Positions 1 through 9,738 of a stretch of DNA of 64,000 nucleotides are shown piece by piece (position 1 is the stretch's first letter; the number at the start of each line of letters is the position of its first letter). The notes under the pieces were generated by a model that was given only the letters and a program-made list of their open reading frames with translations, did no database searches and was not told the DNA's origin. Made by a program: the position numbers and the translations under genes. Source of the DNA: Planctomycetota bacterium (GTDB lineage Bacteria; Planctomycetota; UBA11346); the NCBI GenBank assembly GCA_038213805.1, contig JBBQSO010000010.1, positions 1 to 64,000 on the forward strand, given 5' to 3'.

Positions 1-933
1 GGCGCGCTCGCCGCGCGGGACGAGCAGGCGGCGCAGCGTGGTGCAGCGCTGGCCGGCGGTGCCCACGGCCGAGAACACGATGGCGCGCAGCGCCAGTTCG
101 GGATCGGCGCTCGGCCGCACGATCAGCGCGTTGTTGCCGCCGAGTTCGAGCAGGCTGCGGCCCAGGCGCGCGGCCACCGCCACCGCCACCGCACGGCCCA
201 TGCGCACCGAACCGGTGGCGGAGATCAAGGGCAGCGCCGGCGACGCCGCCAAGCGCGCGCCGACCTCACTGCCGCCGATCAGCAGGCTGGCGATGCCGGA
301 CGGGGCTTCAGGGAAATCCGCCAGCACCTCGCCGACGATGCGCTGGCACGCGGCGGCGCACAGCGGCGCCTTCTCCGAAGCCTTCCAGACGATGGGATCG
401 CCGCAGACCAGGCCGATCATCGCGTTCCACGCCCACACCGCCATCGGGAAGTTGAATGCGGTGATCACGCCGACCGGGCCGAGCGGGTGCCACTGCTCCA
501 TCAGGCGGTGGCCGGGCCGTTCGCTGGCGATGGTCAGTCCGTGCAGCTGGCGCGACAGGCCGACCGCGAAGTCGCAGATGTCGATCCACTCCTGGACCTC
601 GCCGAGGCCCTCGCTGCCAATCTTGCCGACCTCACGGGTGATCAGCGCAGCGAGGTCGGCGCGGCGCGCGCGCACGCGCTCGCCGATGCGCCGCACCAGT
701 TCGCCGCGGCGTGGCGCCGGCACCACGCGCCAGGATGCGAAGGCCGCAGCCGCAGCCGCGATGGCCGTGTCCGCGTCCGCCGCATCGGCCATCGGGAAGG
801 TCGCCAGGCGCGCGCCGTCGATCGCTGAGCGCGCGCCGAGCATCGCACCCGTGGTGGTGTGCCAAGTCCCACCGATGACAAGCCCGCCGGGCAGCGCGGC
901 GATGCCGAGGCGGTCGAGCAGCGGGTCGATCAT
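1..933 (-). CDS. Aldehyde dehydrogenase, ALDH7 / piperideine-6-carboxylate dehydrogenase type (3' end outside window)
   Basis: Manual translation of the minus strand from ATG at 933 gives PAPRRGELVR, EGLGEVQEWIDICDFAVGLSRQLHG, EQWHPLGPVGVITAFNFPMAVWAWN, LELGGNNA and GTAGQRCTT, the ALDH7 signature motifs. Absent from the ORF track because it runs off the window. Confidence 0.92.
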   Translation of the reverse strand, partial: MIDPLLDRLGIAALPGGLVIGGTWHTTTGAMLGARSAIDGARLATFPMADAADADTAIAAAAAAFASWRVVPAPRRGELVRRIGERVRARRADLAALITREVGKIGSEGLGEVQEWIDICDFAVGLSRQLHGLTIASERPGHRLMEQWHPLGPVGVITAFNFPMAVWAWNAMIGLVCGDPIVWKASEKAPLCAAACQRIVGEVLADFPEAPSGIASLLIGGSEVGARLAASPALPLISATGSVRMGRAVAVAVAARLGRSLLELGGNNALIVRPSADPELALRAIVFSAVGTAGQRCTTLRRLLVPRGERA

Positions 934-1125
934 GGCTGGATCATCCTTCCCGGCGCGATGCGGGACAAGCGCGACGTGACCACGGATCGACAGGGCGGAC
1001 CTGAGGAACGCAGCAGGCCTGGCCCATGGGCCCCACCGACGCATCAGCGGAAGGGGCTCCCCCTGGTGCAATCTCCGCTGCTCCGGTCCTCCATGTCGAC
1101 CCCTCGTCGTTTTGCCACGGCTCCG

Positions 1126-2226
1126 CTAAGCCGACTTGCCGCCCGCGGTGTAGAGCCGGCCAAAACGGTTGGCGAGGAACACATCGAGGTCGACCTGCTC
1201 CTGGCGCACAAAGCCGCTGGTGGTAGCGAGGCGGCCGCCATGGTGCAGATCGACGACGGTGCAGATGCCGGCGGCGGTGGTGATCTGGATGGCGCTCCAC
1301 GGTTCGCCGAAGAGTTCGGCGTGATAGACCTTGCGCGCGTCGGTCACTTGGTGCAGGTAACCACCCTTCATACCGGTGACGGTGACGAAGATCAGCACCA
1401 CGTCCTGCAGGGTCATCGGCACGGCGTGCTCGAAGATGTCCTTGAGGATGTGGCGGCGCTCCTTGAGGCGCAATTCGTTGACCAGGAAGGCGACCAGGTC
1501 GCGGTGGCCGCGGTAGCGGATGGTCTTGTAGTCGAGGTTGCGCACCCGCCCGTGCAGGGTCTCCCACAGCGTGCCGACGCCGCCCGAGGTGTTGAAGGCT
1601 TCGTAGTCGACGCCATCGAGCGAGAAGTGCTCGAGGCCCTCGAGCGCCAGCACCTCCAGGCGCTGGCCGTCGTGGATGACTTCGCAGGGGTTGCAGTACT
1701 CGTTGATCAGGCCATCAGTCGACCAGGTGAGATTGTATTTCAGTTCACCGGTCGGGAACTGCGAAAGCGCGCCGACGCGCAGCTTGACCTCGTCGAGGGT
1801 GTCGAAGCCCTGGGCGAGGTGGTGGCCGGCGATGGCGATGAAGCCCGGCGCCAGGCCGCACTGTGGCATGAAGATCTGCCCGGGTCGCGCCTGGGCCGCG
1901 ACCGCTGCGACCGCGCGCGTGGTGGCGACGTCCTCGGTGAGGTCAAAGTAGCTGACGCCGGCGGCGAGCGCCGCGCGTGCGATGCCCGGGTTGACCGCGA
2001 ACGAGCATGCTGAGAGCACGCTGTCGCGGCCGGTCATCGCCGCGACCAGCTGCGCGTGGTCGGTGACGTCGAGGCGGCGCGTCGCGACGCGCGGGATGCC
2101 GTGCAGGCGTTCCAGCGCGCGCTCGTCCACGTCGCCGACGAGCAGGTCGTAATCGCCGCTCTGCGCGAGCAGCTTGGCGATGGCGCGGCCGATCTTGCCG
2201 GCGCCGAGAAGGAGGAGCTTGGCCAT
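1126..2226 (-). CDS. Saccharopine dehydrogenase-like / L-lysine 6-dehydrogenase
   Basis: N-terminal Rossmann motif LLLGAGKIG, plus YFDLTED, PQCGLAPG, YNLTWSTDGLINEY, EAFNTSGG and YKTIRYRGH. Start trimmed to MAKLLL. Confidence 0.88.
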   Translation of the reverse strand: MAKLLLLGAGKIGRAIAKLLAQSGDYDLLVGDVDERALERLHGIPRVATRRLDVTDHAQLVAAMTGRDSVLSACSFAVNPGIARAALAAGVSYFDLTEDVATTRAVAAVAAQARPGQIFMPQCGLAPGFIAIAGHHLAQGFDTLDEVKLRVGALSQFPTGELKYNLTWSTDGLINEYCNPCEVIHDGQRLEVLALEGLEHFSLDGVDYEAFNTSGGVGTLWETLHGRVRNLDYKTIRYRGHRDLVAFLVNELRLKERRHILKDIFEHAVPMTLQDVVLIFVTVTGMKGGYLHQVTDARKVYHAELFGEPWSAIQITTAAGICTVVDLHHGGRLATTSGFVRQEQVDLDVFLANRFGRLYTAGGKSA

Positions 2227-2482
2227 GGTGCACCTCTGCGGACAGCATACCCCGGCAAGGCGCGGCGTGTCCACCCGGAAGCACCCGGGCTACCACGTGC
2301 CATGCACACGATGCTACGATGGAATCCAGGTTCCCGCGCGCTGGTTGTGCACGGGACGGCCGCCAAGGGTTGCCCGTTCCGAGTGGTGCCCGAGAGTCTG
2401 GTAGGGTATGCTAAGGGAGAAGTTTCAGACGCGCTCGGCGGGTGCGACGTCAGACGCCCGATGTGCCTTCCGCGAGGTCCCG

Positions 2483-3772
2483 ATGACCGACGATCCGCTT
2501 CACGACTTCCACTGGTGCGCGCAGCCCGAGGCCGCGGGCCTGGTGCACGGCGCACTCGCCGCACAACTCGCGCTGGCGCCCGGCGCGCGGCGCCTGGCCG
2601 CGCGCCTCGAGCGTGAGACCGGCATCCGGCTTAGCGATCTGCTCGCGCGCCTCGCCCTGCCGTCGCCCGGCGACCACACCACAGCGCTGCGTGCCGCCGG
2701 CTTCCAGCCCGCGGACGGCGCGTGGCGCCACATGGCCGGCCGCTTCCCGGCACTGGTCGACGGCGGCACGCCTGCCCTGGTGGTGCGTGTCGATCAGCAG
2801 ACGGCGTTCCGCGCCGCGCAGGGCGCGAAGTCCACGACCGACGCCGAACTCGTGCCGCGCTGGACGGTCAGCGACGCCTGGGACGGCGGTAGCGCGGCCA
2901 CACCTGCGGCCGCGGAGCCCGCGGTCGTCGCGGCCTTCGCCGCGCGGCCGCGCGGTGACCCCGATACCGTCGCTGCCCAGGCCGCCCTGCTCGCCCTGGT
3001 CGACGAGGCCGTCGCCTCCGTCGGCCGCGACCGCGCGTGCGAGCTGTTCTTCGCCGCGGAGCGCGGGTACTGGCAGGCGCGCTGTCCCGCCGGCCAGGCG
3101 CAGAAGTCACGGCAGGACGCGCTTGGCATCGGCTGGGCGAACCACGACCACCACACCTTCCGCTCCTCGCGCCCGGCGTTCACCGGACTGATCGCGGTGC
3201 TGGAGCACCTCGGCCTGCGCTGCCGCGAGCGCTTCTACCCGGGCGGCCACGCCGGCTGGGGGGCGCAGGTGCTCGAACATCCCGGCACCGGCATCGTGGT
3301 GTTCGCCGATGTCGACATGAGCGCGGACGAACTGCGCCTCGATTTCGCCCACCAGCCCTTCGCCGACGGCGAAGCCGCCCGCCCGCTCGGCACGGTCGGC
3401 CTGTGGTGCGCGCTGCACGGCGAATCGCTGTTCCAGGCCGGCCTGCACCACCTCGCCTGCCTGGTCGACTTCGACCTCGCGCGCCGCCAGCTGGAAGCCG
3501 CCGGCGTGGTGAGCATGGCGCCGTTCACCGACTTTCCCTTCCTGCGCCAGTGCTTCACCAGCGGCGGCACCTGGACGGTCGACGGCGCGCGCGTCGAACG
3601 GCTCGCGCGCAGCGGCCTGATCACCGCGGCGCAGGCCGCGCAGTTCGCGGCCCACGGCGCGCTCGGCGCGCACCTCGAGCTGATCGAGCGCAATCAGGGC
3701 TTCCGCGGCTTCAACCAGACCGGCGTCGATGCGATCATCGGCGCCACGGATCCGCGGCGGGCGGTGGGGTGA
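2483..3772 (+). CDS. VOC/HPPD-like non-heme metal enzyme, putative 2-oxoadipate dioxygenase/decarboxylase (DUF1338/HglS-like)
   Basis: Motifs DHHTFRS, LHHLA, FLRQCFT and C-terminal HLELIERNQGFRGF..VDAIIGAT give a candidate His/His/Glu triad. Divergent from the lysine catabolism genes. Confidence 0.6.
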   Translation: MTDDPLHDFHWCAQPEAAGLVHGALAAQLALAPGARRLAARLERETGIRLSDLLARLALPSPGDHTTALRAAGFQPADGAWRHMAGRFPALVDGGTPALVVRVDQQTAFRAAQGAKSTTDAELVPRWTVSDAWDGGSAATPAAAEPAVVAAFAARPRGDPDTVAAQAALLALVDEAVASVGRDRACELFFAAERGYWQARCPAGQAQKSRQDALGIGWANHDHHTFRSSRPAFTGLIAVLEHLGLRCRERFYPGGHAGWGAQVLEHPGTGIVVFADVDMSADELRLDFAHQPFADGEAARPLGTVGLWCALHGESLFQAGLHHLACLVDFDLARRQLEAAGVVSMAPFTDFPFLRQCFTSGGTWTVDGARVERLARSGLITAAQAAQFAAHGALGAHLELIERNQGFRGFNQTGVDAIIGATDPRRAVG

Positions 3773-3850
3773 GGGTGCGGGTGCAGGTGCGGGTGATCCG
3801 TCCCCCTCCTCCTGCATCCACCGCGTCCAAAAGCGCGTATACTGCGCGCG

Positions 3851-5083
3851 ATGCCCATCCCGCCGGCCTGGCTGCTGTCCATCCTCGCCATCCTCCTCGC
3901 TGCCGTCTGCTCCTGGCGTAGTGCCACCCCCCTCAGCGCCCTGCTGATCGCGGCCCCGCTGGTCGCGGGTGCAGCCCTGCCGCCCGGCTGGTGGCGTTGC
4001 TGGGGCGGCCGGCTGGCGGTGCTGGCGGTGCTGCCCGCAACGGGCGCGCTGCTGGTCATCCAGGCCCTGCCGCTGCTGCGTGCCTATCCCAGCGCGCTGG
4101 TGCCGGCGCCAACCCTGCTCCACGGCTGGTGCCTGGCGGGGTTGCTCCTGCTTGGCGTCGCTGGCGCGTGGCGCGCGGCGCGGCTGCGTGGCCGCTGGCC
4201 GGTGCGCGTGGCCGGTGCAGTCGCCGCGCTGGCGCTGGCGCTCGCGGTCCTGGCGCTGCTCGGCCCACTCGCGCAGCTCTACCGCCCGCACCTGAGCGCG
4301 CCGGATGCGGCGAAGGTCCAGGATCTGGCGACCACCAGCGACCTGGAGATCGCCGGCGCCGACAGCGTGCGCCTGGCGGCGCGCTTCTACGTGCCGCGCA
4401 CGCCGCCCGCGGTGGGCTTGCCCTTCCGCGGCGTGGTGGTGTTCACCCATGGCGTCGGCGGCTGGAAGGAGGGCTTCCTCAACCACCATTGGCTCATCCT
4501 GCATCTCGGCTGGGCGGTGCTGAGCTACGACCTGCGCGGCCACGGCCACTCGTCGCCGGCGGCGGTGACCTATGGCGCGCACGAGGCGGCCGATCTCGCC
4601 GCGGTGTGGCGTACCGCGCAGGACCTCGCCGATGGGCGGCCCCTGGTCGCCTACGGCGCGAGCATGGGTGCGGCCATCACCCTGGACGCCGCCGCCAACC
4701 TGCCGGACTGCCGGGGCCTGATCATCGAGAGCCCGTTCGCCGACCTCGGCGCCCTGCTGCGCGCTGGCCTCGCCCAGCCGCTGCTGGGCCTGGCACGCAC
4801 CCTTGCCCGGGCGAGCGGCTGGGAAGCCGACGCGCAGCGCCCGGTGGCGCTGCCGATCCTGGCGCACGGACCGCCGCTGCTGCTCGGCTGGATCGCCGAT
4901 GACGCCACCATCCCGGCGACGCAGAGCGCGGCGATCGCCGCTGCCTGCCCGCGCGCCCGCACCGTGGTCATGGCGCACGGTGCGCATCTCGACCTGATCA
5001 TCCACCCGCCATGGCGGGAGGCCGTGGCCGGGTTTCTCGACGGTCCGGCGCTTCGCGCACCTGGTGTTCCGGAAGGTCCGTAA
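3851..5083 (+). CDS. Membrane-anchored alpha/beta hydrolase
   Basis: Several hydrophobic N-terminal helices, then HGVGG, YDLRGHGHS, nucleophile GASMG, ESPF and C-terminal GAH. Confidence 0.85.
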   Translation: MPIPPAWLLSILAILLAAVCSWRSATPLSALLIAAPLVAGAALPPGWWRCWGGRLAVLAVLPATGALLVIQALPLLRAYPSALVPAPTLLHGWCLAGLLLLGVAGAWRAARLRGRWPVRVAGAVAALALALAVLALLGPLAQLYRPHLSAPDAAKVQDLATTSDLEIAGADSVRLAARFYVPRTPPAVGLPFRGVVVFTHGVGGWKEGFLNHHWLILHLGWAVLSYDLRGHGHSSPAAVTYGAHEAADLAAVWRTAQDLADGRPLVAYGASMGAAITLDAAANLPDCRGLIIESPFADLGALLRAGLAQPLLGLARTLARASGWEADAQRPVALPILAHGPPLLLGWIADDATIPATQSAAIAAACPRARTVVMAHGAHLDLIIHPPWREAVAGFLDGPALRAPGVPEGP

Positions 5084-5242
5084 CCAGCGGACGCTCAGCG
5101 CCGATCAGCGACTCAATGAAGTCGGGCAAGCGTCGGCGGCATGCAGGACGTCCCTGCTGAGAGACCCCCGCGATTCCTGCGCGATGCCCCTCGACTCGCC
5201 CGACGGCTAGTGCTACCCTGCCGCACATTGCGGGGAGGGCTC

Positions 5243-8200
5243 ATGTCCCATCGTCACCTGTGCGCCGCCACCCTGGTCCTGACGCTATCCGCGCTCGCCG
5301 CCATCCCGTACGCAGCGGCCACCGCAGCGGCCGACGCCGCACCCGCCGCCGTCACCGAGGACCCGACGACTCCCGCCGCCAGCGCGACGGCCGGCATCTG
5401 GTCCGGCCTCGACGGGCTCGCGGGCCTTGAGGAGCGCGACGGCGCGATCTGGTGGAAGGCCGCGATCGGACCTGGCATACGCATGAGCGGGGTCGATCCC
5501 GTAACGCGCGCGCCGCTGCTTGACACCCCGGCCGGCCCGCTGCGCGTCGATGCCGCGCTGCTGCAGGGCTCTGGCGACGAGCTGCTCGCCGCGCTGCCTC
5601 CACTGCTCGCCGCGGCCGCGGCGGCGCGGCTCGGGACCGCCACCCTGGAGCTGCGCCGCGGTATCATGACCGGCCCGCAGCTGCGCGGCACCGACCTGGT
5701 GGTGCTCGCCGAGGGCGTGCTGCGCAAGCAGGCGCTGCCGCCGCGCGACCTCGCACCGGTCAAGGCGCAGCTCGCCAGGGCCCAGGACGCGCTGGGCATG
5801 GCGCTGGCCCACAGCGGCCTGGGCGAACTCGCGCAGAAGAGCATCGCCGACGTTCTCGGCCATCTGGCCTCGGACGCGCCCGACCAGGATGGCGAGGAGC
5901 TCGACCCGAGTTTTACGCGGCGCCTGGTGCGCGGCGGCTGGCTGCGCACGGTGCTGCCCGCGGGCCCGGAGATCGCCGCGCTCGAACTCGCGGTGCGCGA
6001 TGCCGAGACCGTCGCGCCGGCGCAGGAGTTCAGCGGCCCCGGGCTGCGCCTCGCTGAGCTGCGCGACGCCTTCGGGCGCGGCGGTTGGATCCTGACCACG
6101 CCGAAGCGCAGCGCCTGCGTGCACCCGCACGACCACTTGCGGCTGTACGAAGCCCCAGAACTGCAGCTGGTCGTCGACCTGCCCGCGGGCAGCGACCCGC
6201 TCACCGCCGCCGGGCACGCCGAGCATGCCGCGCTGTACTGGGGCTCGCGCCGGTTGGCGAGCTGGCAGGCGGGCGCGCCTGATCCCGGCCAGGGCTTCCA
6301 CGCCGACGAGGATGCGTGGCGCGCGGCCATCCCCGACCACGGCGCCGGGATCACCGCGGCGGCGGTCAGCGACTTCGTGCCACCGCACATCCTCATCACC
6401 CAGTTCAATGGCGACCCGGTGCGCCTGGTCGGCCCACACGGCGCGCTCACGCCATCGCGGCCCGATGATACCGCCGACGCGGCGCGCTTCGTGCGCGAGG
6501 CCGCGCTGGCGCTGCCCACGCCGGCCGAGCTCGATCTGATCGGCGAACACCTCTTCACCTACGTCTTCGACAGCCCCGATCCCGCGCACCCGCTGCTGGT
6601 CGGCAACGCCACCAACAAGGGCGACATCCACCAGACCTCGGCGCAGACCTGCGCCGCCACCACGTGCGGGATGTTTCGCGGCGACTGCGATGACCTCGCC
6701 GAACTCTACCGCGACATCGCCGCCGCGCAGGGACGCATCGCCTACGTCATCCACCTGCCCGGGCATGCCGCCGCGGCCTTCGCCGAAAAGCAGGATGACG
6801 AGCAGTGGCACAGCTTCGTGCTGCAGACCGGCCAACCGCTGGAGTTCACCGCGCCCGACCTGCCGCACAGCCTCGAGCAGCTCTACAAGCACTTCGACCC
6901 AAACCGCCCGTTCGACGCCACCCAGGTCAGCCTGGCGCTGCGCTTCGAGGGCGAGAACACGCGCTCGACCTGGGTGCTGAGCTGGCGCATCTTCGCCGAG
7001 CGCGCCTACGCCGCGACCATGATCGAGGTCGAGCGCGACTGGTATTTCCACACCCACCACCGCGGCATCGCCACCATGCAGGCGCTGATCGCCGGCGGCG
7101 ACGAGGACTCGGCCAACTACGAGGAGCTGTCCGGGCTCTACCGGCGCACCGGCGAGTGGGACCAGTCGCTCGACTACAAGCGTCGCAGCATGGCGCACAT
7201 CAGCGACCCCAACACCCTGCTGCTCTACCGCATCGAGCTGGTCAGCCTGCTGGCGCGCGCCGAACGCTGGGACGAGGCCGGCGCCGCGGCGCGCGCGCTG
7301 CTCGACGGCGACCTGGCGGCACAACCGCAGGAGAAGCAGAACGAGGCGCTGCCGCGGTTCGCCACCATGCTCGCGGGCGCGCTCGACGACGAGCATCACG
7401 GCGCGCTGCGCCACGAGGTCATCGCCCGGCTGCTCTTCCCCGCGCTCGCCAAGCAGACCACCGGCGTGCGCCAGTGGCTGGACACACGCTTCGACCAGAA
7501 GGAATGGGACCGCAACCCGTGGATCGCGCAGTACCGCGGCCTGAGCGGCGGGCTGGTCGGCGACGTGCTCGGCCTGCTGCTCTCCGAGAAGGGCCCCGGG
7601 CTGCTCGCCAGCGATCCCGATCTGCGCGGCTGGACGGCTTTCGCCCAGGAGTGGATCGACAGTATCGGCTTCGTGCCGAATGGCGGCGAGCCCGCTGGCT
7701 TCCTCGCCGCCTACGCGACCAGCGCCGCGCTCGGCGAGGCGGTCCTCGGTCGCGACGCGCTGCGCGCCATGGTCGAGGCCGCGCCCTTCCCGACCACCCT
7801 CGAGCACGACCACCGCAAGCGCCTGCCCGGCCTCGTCCAGCTGCCTCGCGACCTGCCGTGGATCCACCTGTCGATCCCCTACTGGACGGGGGCGGTCTCG
7901 AACGAGCTGTGGCGGCAGAAAACCGGAGCCTTCGTGGCGGAACGCGTGGTGCGCCTGGGCGCGCCGCTGCGCGCGGCGGTCGCGCAGTGCCACGCCCTCG
8001 GTCTGGATTCGACCCAGGGTGAGCGCGCGGTGCGCCATGCGGAGCTGCTCATCGCTCTCGCCGGCCACGATGCGGGTACGCTGCGCACGCTCTTCGCCGA
8101 GGTCCGGGCACTCGGCGACCGCGCCACCTCGGAAGCCACCGCCGAGCTCATCGGCAGCGCGGCGAAGTACCTGGACCCGCCATGGTTCGCCACGGTGCTG

Positions 8201-8440
8201 GGCATCTGGCGCGAGGTCCTCGACCAGAAGCCGCTGTACTTCGCCATCGCCTGGAACGCCGCGGTCGCACATGCCGACGCCAACGCCCTGGCCGCGGCGC
8301 AACTGGCCGCGGCCCGCTTCCCCGACGATGCGGCCTTCGCCGAAGAGTTGTCCTACCTCAAGGCGGTGGTCGCCGGGCGGACGCCCACCGCGGCCGGCGG
8401 GACCGCGATCCCGCCCAGCGGCGCCCACGGAGCGCCATGA
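5243..8440 (+). CDS. Large exported protein with transglutaminase-like (GDCDD) domain and TPR-like helical C-terminal half
   Basis: Signal-peptide-like N-terminus from MSHRHL, RGDCDDLA...PGHAAAAF motif and TPR-like repeats (YEELSGLYRRTGEWDQSLDY). Strong GC3 codon bias. Confidence 0.65.
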   Translation: MSHRHLCAATLVLTLSALAAIPYAAATAAADAAPAAVTEDPTTPAASATAGIWSGLDGLAGLEERDGAIWWKAAIGPGIRMSGVDPVTRAPLLDTPAGPLRVDAALLQGSGDELLAALPPLLAAAAAARLGTATLELRRGIMTGPQLRGTDLVVLAEGVLRKQALPPRDLAPVKAQLARAQDALGMALAHSGLGELAQKSIADVLGHLASDAPDQDGEELDPSFTRRLVRGGWLRTVLPAGPEIAALELAVRDAETVAPAQEFSGPGLRLAELRDAFGRGGWILTTPKRSACVHPHDHLRLYEAPELQLVVDLPAGSDPLTAAGHAEHAALYWGSRRLASWQAGAPDPGQGFHADEDAWRAAIPDHGAGITAAAVSDFVPPHILITQFNGDPVRLVGPHGALTPSRPDDTADAARFVREAALALPTPAELDLIGEHLFTYVFDSPDPAHPLLVGNATNKGDIHQTSAQTCAATTCGMFRGDCDDLAELYRDIAAAQGRIAYVIHLPGHAAAAFAEKQDDEQWHSFVLQTGQPLEFTAPDLPHSLEQLYKHFDPNRPFDATQVSLALRFEGENTRSTWVLSWRIFAERAYAATMIEVERDWYFHTHHRGIATMQALIAGGDEDSANYEELSGLYRRTGEWDQSLDYKRRSMAHISDPNTLLLYRIELVSLLARAERWDEAGAAARALLDGDLAAQPQEKQNEALPRFATMLAGALDDEHHGALRHEVIARLLFPALAKQTTGVRQWLDTRFDQKEWDRNPWIAQYRGLSGGLVGDVLGLLLSEKGPGLLASDPDLRGWTAFAQEWIDSIGFVPNGGEPAGFLAAYATSAALGEAVLGRDALRAMVEAAPFPTTLEHDHRKRLPGLVQLPRDLPWIHLSIPYWTGAVSNELWRQKTGAFVAERVVRLGAPLRAAVAQCHALGLDSTQGERAVRHAELLIALAGHDAGTLRTLFAEVRALGDRATSEATAELIGSAAKYLDPPWFATVLGIWREVLDQKPLYFAIAWNAAVAHADANALAAAQLAAARFPDDAAFAEELSYLKAVVAGRTPTAAGGTAIPPSGAHGAP

Positions 8441-9738
8441 GCCAGATCCAGGCCGAGCGCGCGCGCGCCGCCTTCGCGGCGCGCTGGGCGCGCATCGCGG
8501 CGCGTTTCTTCACGCTCCAGATCGCCATCCAGGCGGTCAATTTCACGGCCGGGATGTTGGCGGTGTGGCAGGTCGCGCCCAGCGAGTACGCGCTGGTGAC
8601 CGTGGCGATCACCATGCTCGGCACCATGACCATCCTGGCCAACCTCGGGGTGTCGATCGGCATCACCTCGATCGGCGGGCGCGTACACGACGACCCGGTG
8701 CGCTTCGGCGCGCTGGTGCGCACCGGCCTGCGCCTGCGCTGGCTGCTCGCGGCCATCGCCCTGCCCGCCACCGCGCTGGCCCTGGTGCTGAGCCTGGCGG
8801 GCGCCCACGCCGCGCCGGCGGCGATCGCGGTGATCACCGCGCTGGTGCTGGCCGGGGCCGCCTGCGAGCTGACCTCCAGCCAGATGGCCGCGGTGCTGAT
8901 GCTGCGCGACCGCGTCGACGCGGTGCAGGCCATCGAGCTGGGCGTGGCGGCGCTGCGCCTGGCCCTGGTCGGAGCGCTCTACGCCGGCGGCGGACTCGCC
9001 GCCACCACCCTGGTCGCGGCGAGCCTAGCCGCGAGCCTGGCGCGGCGCTGGCTGATCGGCCGGCGCGTCGCCCGCGAGGTCGACTTGCACGCCGCCGAGG
9101 TCCCAAGCGACCGCACCGAGATGCTACGCCTGATGCGCCTTGAGGCGCCCAATTCACTGTTCTTCTGCTTCCAGGGGCAGATCGCGCTGTGGATCCTCGC
9201 CTGGTTCGGCGCGGTCGAGCAGATCGCCGGCCTGGGCGCGCTCGGTCGGCTGGCGGTGGTAGTCGGGGTGCTCGGCGCGTTTTTCAGCGCGGTGCTGGTG
9301 CAGGGCTTTGCACGGCTGCAGGATCCCGCCGGACTGCGCCGCCGCTATGCCGGGCTGGCCAGTCTGGCGCTGGCCATCGCCATCGCCGTGGTCGGCGCGG
9401 TGTGGCTGCTGCCCGGGCCGGTGCTGTGGGCGCTGGGGCCGCACTACCGCGGGTTGGGCGCCGAACTGCCGCTGATGGCCATCAACCTGATGCTCGGCTT
9501 CCTGGTCAACGTGGTCTGGGGGCTGAACGCCAGCAAGGCCTGGATCGGCGCGGTCGCGCGCGGCAACATCATCGCCACGGTGGCAGTGCAGGCCGCGCTG
9601 GCGACGCTGCTCGACCTGCGCACCCTCTCCGGGGTGATCATCTTCACCATCGTCGCGCAGATCCCCAACCTGCTGCTCTGCCTGATTGATGCCTACCGTG
9701 GTCTGGCCGCGGCGCGGCGCGGGGGGCTCGTGGCCTGA
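8437..9738 (+). CDS. Polysaccharide flippase (Wzx / MOP family)
   Basis: About 12 hydrophobic segments and an N-terminal pattern (..EYALVTVA..LANLGVS) typical of Wzx-like proteins. ATGA overlap with the upstream stop. Confidence 0.7.
   Translation: MSQIQAERARAAFAARWARIAARFFTLQIAIQAVNFTAGMLAVWQVAPSEYALVTVAITMLGTMTILANLGVSIGITSIGGRVHDDPVRFGALVRTGLRLRWLLAAIALPATALALVLSLAGAHAAPAAIAVITALVLAGAACELTSSQMAAVLMLRDRVDAVQAIELGVAALRLALVGALYAGGGLAATTLVAASLAASLARRWLIGRRVAREVDLHAAEVPSDRTEMLRLMRLEAPNSLFFCFQGQIALWILAWFGAVEQIAGLGALGRLAVVVGVLGAFFSAVLVQGFARLQDPAGLRRRYAGLASLALAIAIAVVGAVWLLPGPVLWALGPHYRGLGAELPLMAINLMLGFLVNVVWGLNASKAWIGAVARGNIIATVAVQAALATLLDLRTLSGVIIFTIVAQIPNLLLCLIDAYRGLAAARRGGLVA

Noticed and set aside
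934..1125. Possible lysine riboswitch or structured RNA near the lysine genes (also 2227-2482)
   Set aside because: Only a generic hairpin (CAGCGGA...TCCGCTG) was seen, with no recognisable riboswitch consensus. An Rfam scan would be needed.
5285..8428. 1047-aa minus-strand ORF (and similar long ORFs at 12602-15103, 36168-39554, 60918-63419)
   Set aside because: These are antisense shadows of real genes. High-GC codon bias removes stops on the opposite strand, and they carry no recognisable motifs.
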